A DNA stretch of 64,000 bases from Gemmatimonadota bacterium (GTDB taxonomy: Bacteria > Gemmatimonadota > Gemmatimonadetes > Palauibacterales > Palauibacteraceae): the NCBI GenBank assembly GCA_965116475.1, contig OZ220691.1, forward strand, positions 2,400,001 through 2,464,000, given 5' to 3'. This document shows positions 61,633 through 64,000 of this stretch, piece after piece. A model generated the notes under the pieces. The model was given only the letters and a program-made list of their open reading frames with translations. It was not told the DNA's origin and did not search any database. The number at the start of each line of letters is the position of its first letter. Within the stretch, counting starts at the first letter, position 1. Position numbers and translations under genes: made by a program.

Positions 61633-62313
61633 GTGCGCACGACGACAAGGAAACGACCGGACTGGCGATACCGGGTTGCGTCATCGCGCTCCCGCCGCCG
61701 CGAGCGGGCCGTGTGGTGGGGCGGGATGCTCGCTTCCGCCCTCCTGCACGCGTTCCTCCTCCTCGCCTGGGTGCGCCCGGCGCCCGAGTTCGAGCCGGCG
61801 GCCCGGCCCGGCGTGGATCCCGATCTCCTCGCCGGTGGCGGTGGTCTGCAGGCGGTGCGGGTTTCCATGCCCCGCAGGATCGAGATCCCTCCGCCTCCGC
61901 GGCCCGTCCTCGCCGTCGACATGCCCGAGATCGAGGTTCGGGAGGCGGCGATCCAGGTCGCCTCCGAACTGCTCCCCGTCGGCGCGCCGGCGCCGTCGCC
62001 CGGGCGCGGGGCCGGGACCGGCGCCGGAGAGGAGGGGGCGGGCGGGGGCGAGGGCGATGGATACGTGTCGCCCGTGCCGAGGTCCGTCGTGCCGCACTGG
62101 GACCCCCCGAGCGCCGTCCGCGGCATGGAGGTGACGGTGCGCGTCTTCGTCGACGCCACCGGGCGTCCCGGCCTCGTCGAACTGGATCCCCCGACCCCGG
62201 ACGAGGACTTCAACCGCGACATCATGCGCCAGGTGCGCGCGTGGGAATACCGCCCCGCGCTCCGCCACGGAACCCCCGTCGACGGCTGGGCCGAGATCAC
62301 CTTCATCTTCTGA
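61633..62313 (+). CDS. TonB-like energy transducer protein
   Basis: TM with SALLH, Pro/Gly linker, C-terminal VRVFVDATG...WEYRPA--GTPV. Confidence 0.85.
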   Translation: MRTTTRKRPDWRYRVASSRSRRRERAVWWGGMLASALLHAFLLLAWVRPAPEFEPAARPGVDPDLLAGGGGLQAVRVSMPRRIEIPPPPRPVLAVDMPEIEVREAAIQVASELLPVGAPAPSPGRGAGTGAGEEGAGGGEGDGYVSPVPRSVVPHWDPPSAVRGMEVTVRVFVDATGRPGLVELDPPTPDEDFNRDIMRQVRAWEYRPALRHGTPVDGWAEITFIF

Positions 62314-62383
62314 TTTGATGGCCGGTTGATCCGCTCACCGATCCTCGGGCAGGCATCGGACCTGTTACGGGGGGGGGTGAGGG

Positions 62384-63082
62384 GTGTGGGATCTGAATCG
62401 CGCGGAACGCAAGGCCATGGGCGCCGCGCTCGTGCTCGTGGGCGTGAGTCTCGTGACGCGCACCCTCCTCGCGCCCGACCCGGGCCGGCTTGAAGGCCTC
62501 GACACGATCGACCCCGCGACGGATCTGGAGGGCATCGAGGGCGAGGTCGTCGCCGCGCTGACCCGGGAGCAGCGAGCGCAGACCCCGCTCGCCGCCGGGG
62601 AAAAGATCGATGTGAACCGTGCCCCGGCCGACGAGTTGCGTCGGCTGCCCGGCGTCGGTCCGAGCCTGGCGCAGGCGCTCATCGAGGAGCGGCAACGCGC
62701 TCCGTTCCGCGCAACCGCCGACCTGGAGCGGGTCCCCGGAGTGGGGGAGGTCACCGCGCGCCGCCTCGCGCCGCATATCCGTTTCGAGCCCGGGGCGCCC
62801 CGCTCGGCCCCCGATCCCGGCGCGCGCCGCCCGGCTCCCGCCCCCGCCGCGCCGATGGCGATGGGCTGTCCGCCCGGCGGCGCACGGATCGATCTCAATC
62901 GGGCCGATCGCGCACAACTCGAGACCCTGTCCGGCATCGGACCCGCCCTCGCGGCCCGCATCATCGAGGACCGAAGCGAGAACGGACGGTTCGAAACGCC
63001 GGAGGCCGTGACCCGCGTCCGGGGCATCGGCCCACGCTCGCTCGCCCGCTTCCGGGAACAGGTATGCGCGGGGACGCGGTGA
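62384..63082 (+). CDS. comEA: ComEA family DNA-binding protein with two HhH modules
   Basis: N-terminal TM; IDVNRA--ELRRLPGVGP and IDLNRA--QLETLSGIGP. Confidence 0.9.
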   Translation: MWDLNRAERKAMGAALVLVGVSLVTRTLLAPDPGRLEGLDTIDPATDLEGIEGEVVAALTREQRAQTPLAAGEKIDVNRAPADELRRLPGVGPSLAQALIEERQRAPFRATADLERVPGVGEVTARRLAPHIRFEPGAPRSAPDPGARRPAPAPAAPMAMGCPPGGARIDLNRADRAQLETLSGIGPALAARIIEDRSENGRFETPEAVTRVRGIGPRSLARFREQVCAGTR

Positions 63083-64000
63083 CTCCCTCCCGGGCCGCGG
63101 ATAGCCCGGCCCCGAAGCGGAAGCGGCCGGCGTCGGATCCGAAGGTTCTTCGTCTCATCCCGGCGGAGTTTGCGAGTCGGCATCTCGTGCTCCCGCTGCG
63201 GCGCACCGGCCGGACGCTTTCCGTCGCGATGGCGGACCCGTCCGACGCGGCGCTCATCGACGACCTGCAGTTCCTCACCCAGTTCGAGATCGACGCCGTT
63301 GGAGTGGGAGAACACACGCTCCGCCAACGGATCGACCGGAGTTATGAAGCCGCCACGACACGCGGGAGCGGGCGGGCGGAGGAAGTGACCGGGGCACCGC
63401 CGGCCGAAGCCGATTCGGCCGAAGCGAGTGAGGAACCGGCCGTGAGGCTTATCGACGACATCCTCGGCGATGCGGTACGTCGCGGCGCATCGGACATCCA
63501 CTTCGAGCCGTACGAGACCGAACTGCGGATCCGCTATCGCCTGGATGGGAGATTGCGCGAGATCCTGCGGCCGCCCTTCCGGCTGGCGGCAGCCCTGACG
63601 TCTCGCCTCAAGATTCTGGCGGACCTGGACATCGCGGAGCGCCGGATTCCCCAGGACGGCCGGATCCGGATGCCGGTCGCCGACCGGGTCATCGATTTCC
63701 GGGTCTCGACGCTTCCCACGCTGTTCGGCGAGAAGGTCGTCCTCCGAATCCTCGACAGGGAGCGGCAGGCCTTCGACCTCGAAGCCTTCGGGATGGAGAC
63801 GCGCGCGGAGCGCGAGCTGCTCGCGGCGATCGCGCAGACGTCGGGCATGGTTCTGGTCACGGGCCCCACGGGATCCGGGAAGACCACGACGCTCTACAGC
63901 GCCCTCGCGAGACTCAATACGCCCCAGGCGAACATCATGACCGCCGAGGATCCGGTCGAGTACAGCATCGAAGGCATCAACCAGGTCCAGATTCGTCCGA
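63079..64000 (+). CDS. pilB: Type IV pilus/T2SS assembly ATPase PilB/GspE (runs off window)
   Basis: GTGA overlap with comEA; ASDIHFEP, DIAERRIPQDG, GEKVVLR, GPTGSGKTTT, TAEDPVE. Confidence 0.92.
   Translation, partial: MTPSRAADSPAPKRKRPASDPKVLRLIPAEFASRHLVLPLRRTGRTLSVAMADPSDAALIDDLQFLTQFEIDAVGVGEHTLRQRIDRSYEAATTRGSGRAEEVTGAPPAEADSAEASEEPAVRLIDDILGDAVRRGASDIHFEPYETELRIRYRLDGRLREILRPPFRLAAALTSRLKILADLDIAERRIPQDGRIRMPVADRVIDFRVSTLPTLFGEKVVLRILDRERQAFDLEAFGMETRAERELLAAIAQTSGMVLVTGPTGSGKTTTLYSALARLNTPQANIMTAEDPVEYSIEGINQVQIRP

Overview
Very GC-rich bacterial chromosomal window; the gene content and the expanded family of secreted carboxypeptidase-regulatory-domain proteins suggest a Gemmatimonadota-like organism (inference only). 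Most of it is housekeeping: proA, acs, leuS (split by a 1-nt frameshift), uvrA, gyrA, waaA, dsbA-VKOR, a sigma-70 factor, ccmABCD, apgM, csoR-copA with a clear CsoR operator, pspA, transporters, serA, moeB, rpe, kbl, tdh and tonB-comEA-pilB. No rRNA, tRNA, CRISPR array, transposase or integrase was recognised. Two things stand out. (1) A hypervariable array at 36.1-42.0 kb between apgM and an SPW-repeat gene: three consecutive ORFs are each followed immediately by a different diverged fragment of the SPW gene 3' end, and the last ORF by the intact gene, suggesting recombinase-free serial capture of cassettes. (2) A 91-aa protein with a ubiquitin-like sequence pattern (51815-52090), translationally coupled to an unknown 88-aa protein, about 4.4 kb from a MoeB/E1-rhodanese gene. 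Other oddities are a catalytically degenerate DEAD-box/DbpA protein, an orphan adenine methyltransferase, an orphan antitoxin-like ORF and many short tandem micro-duplications.
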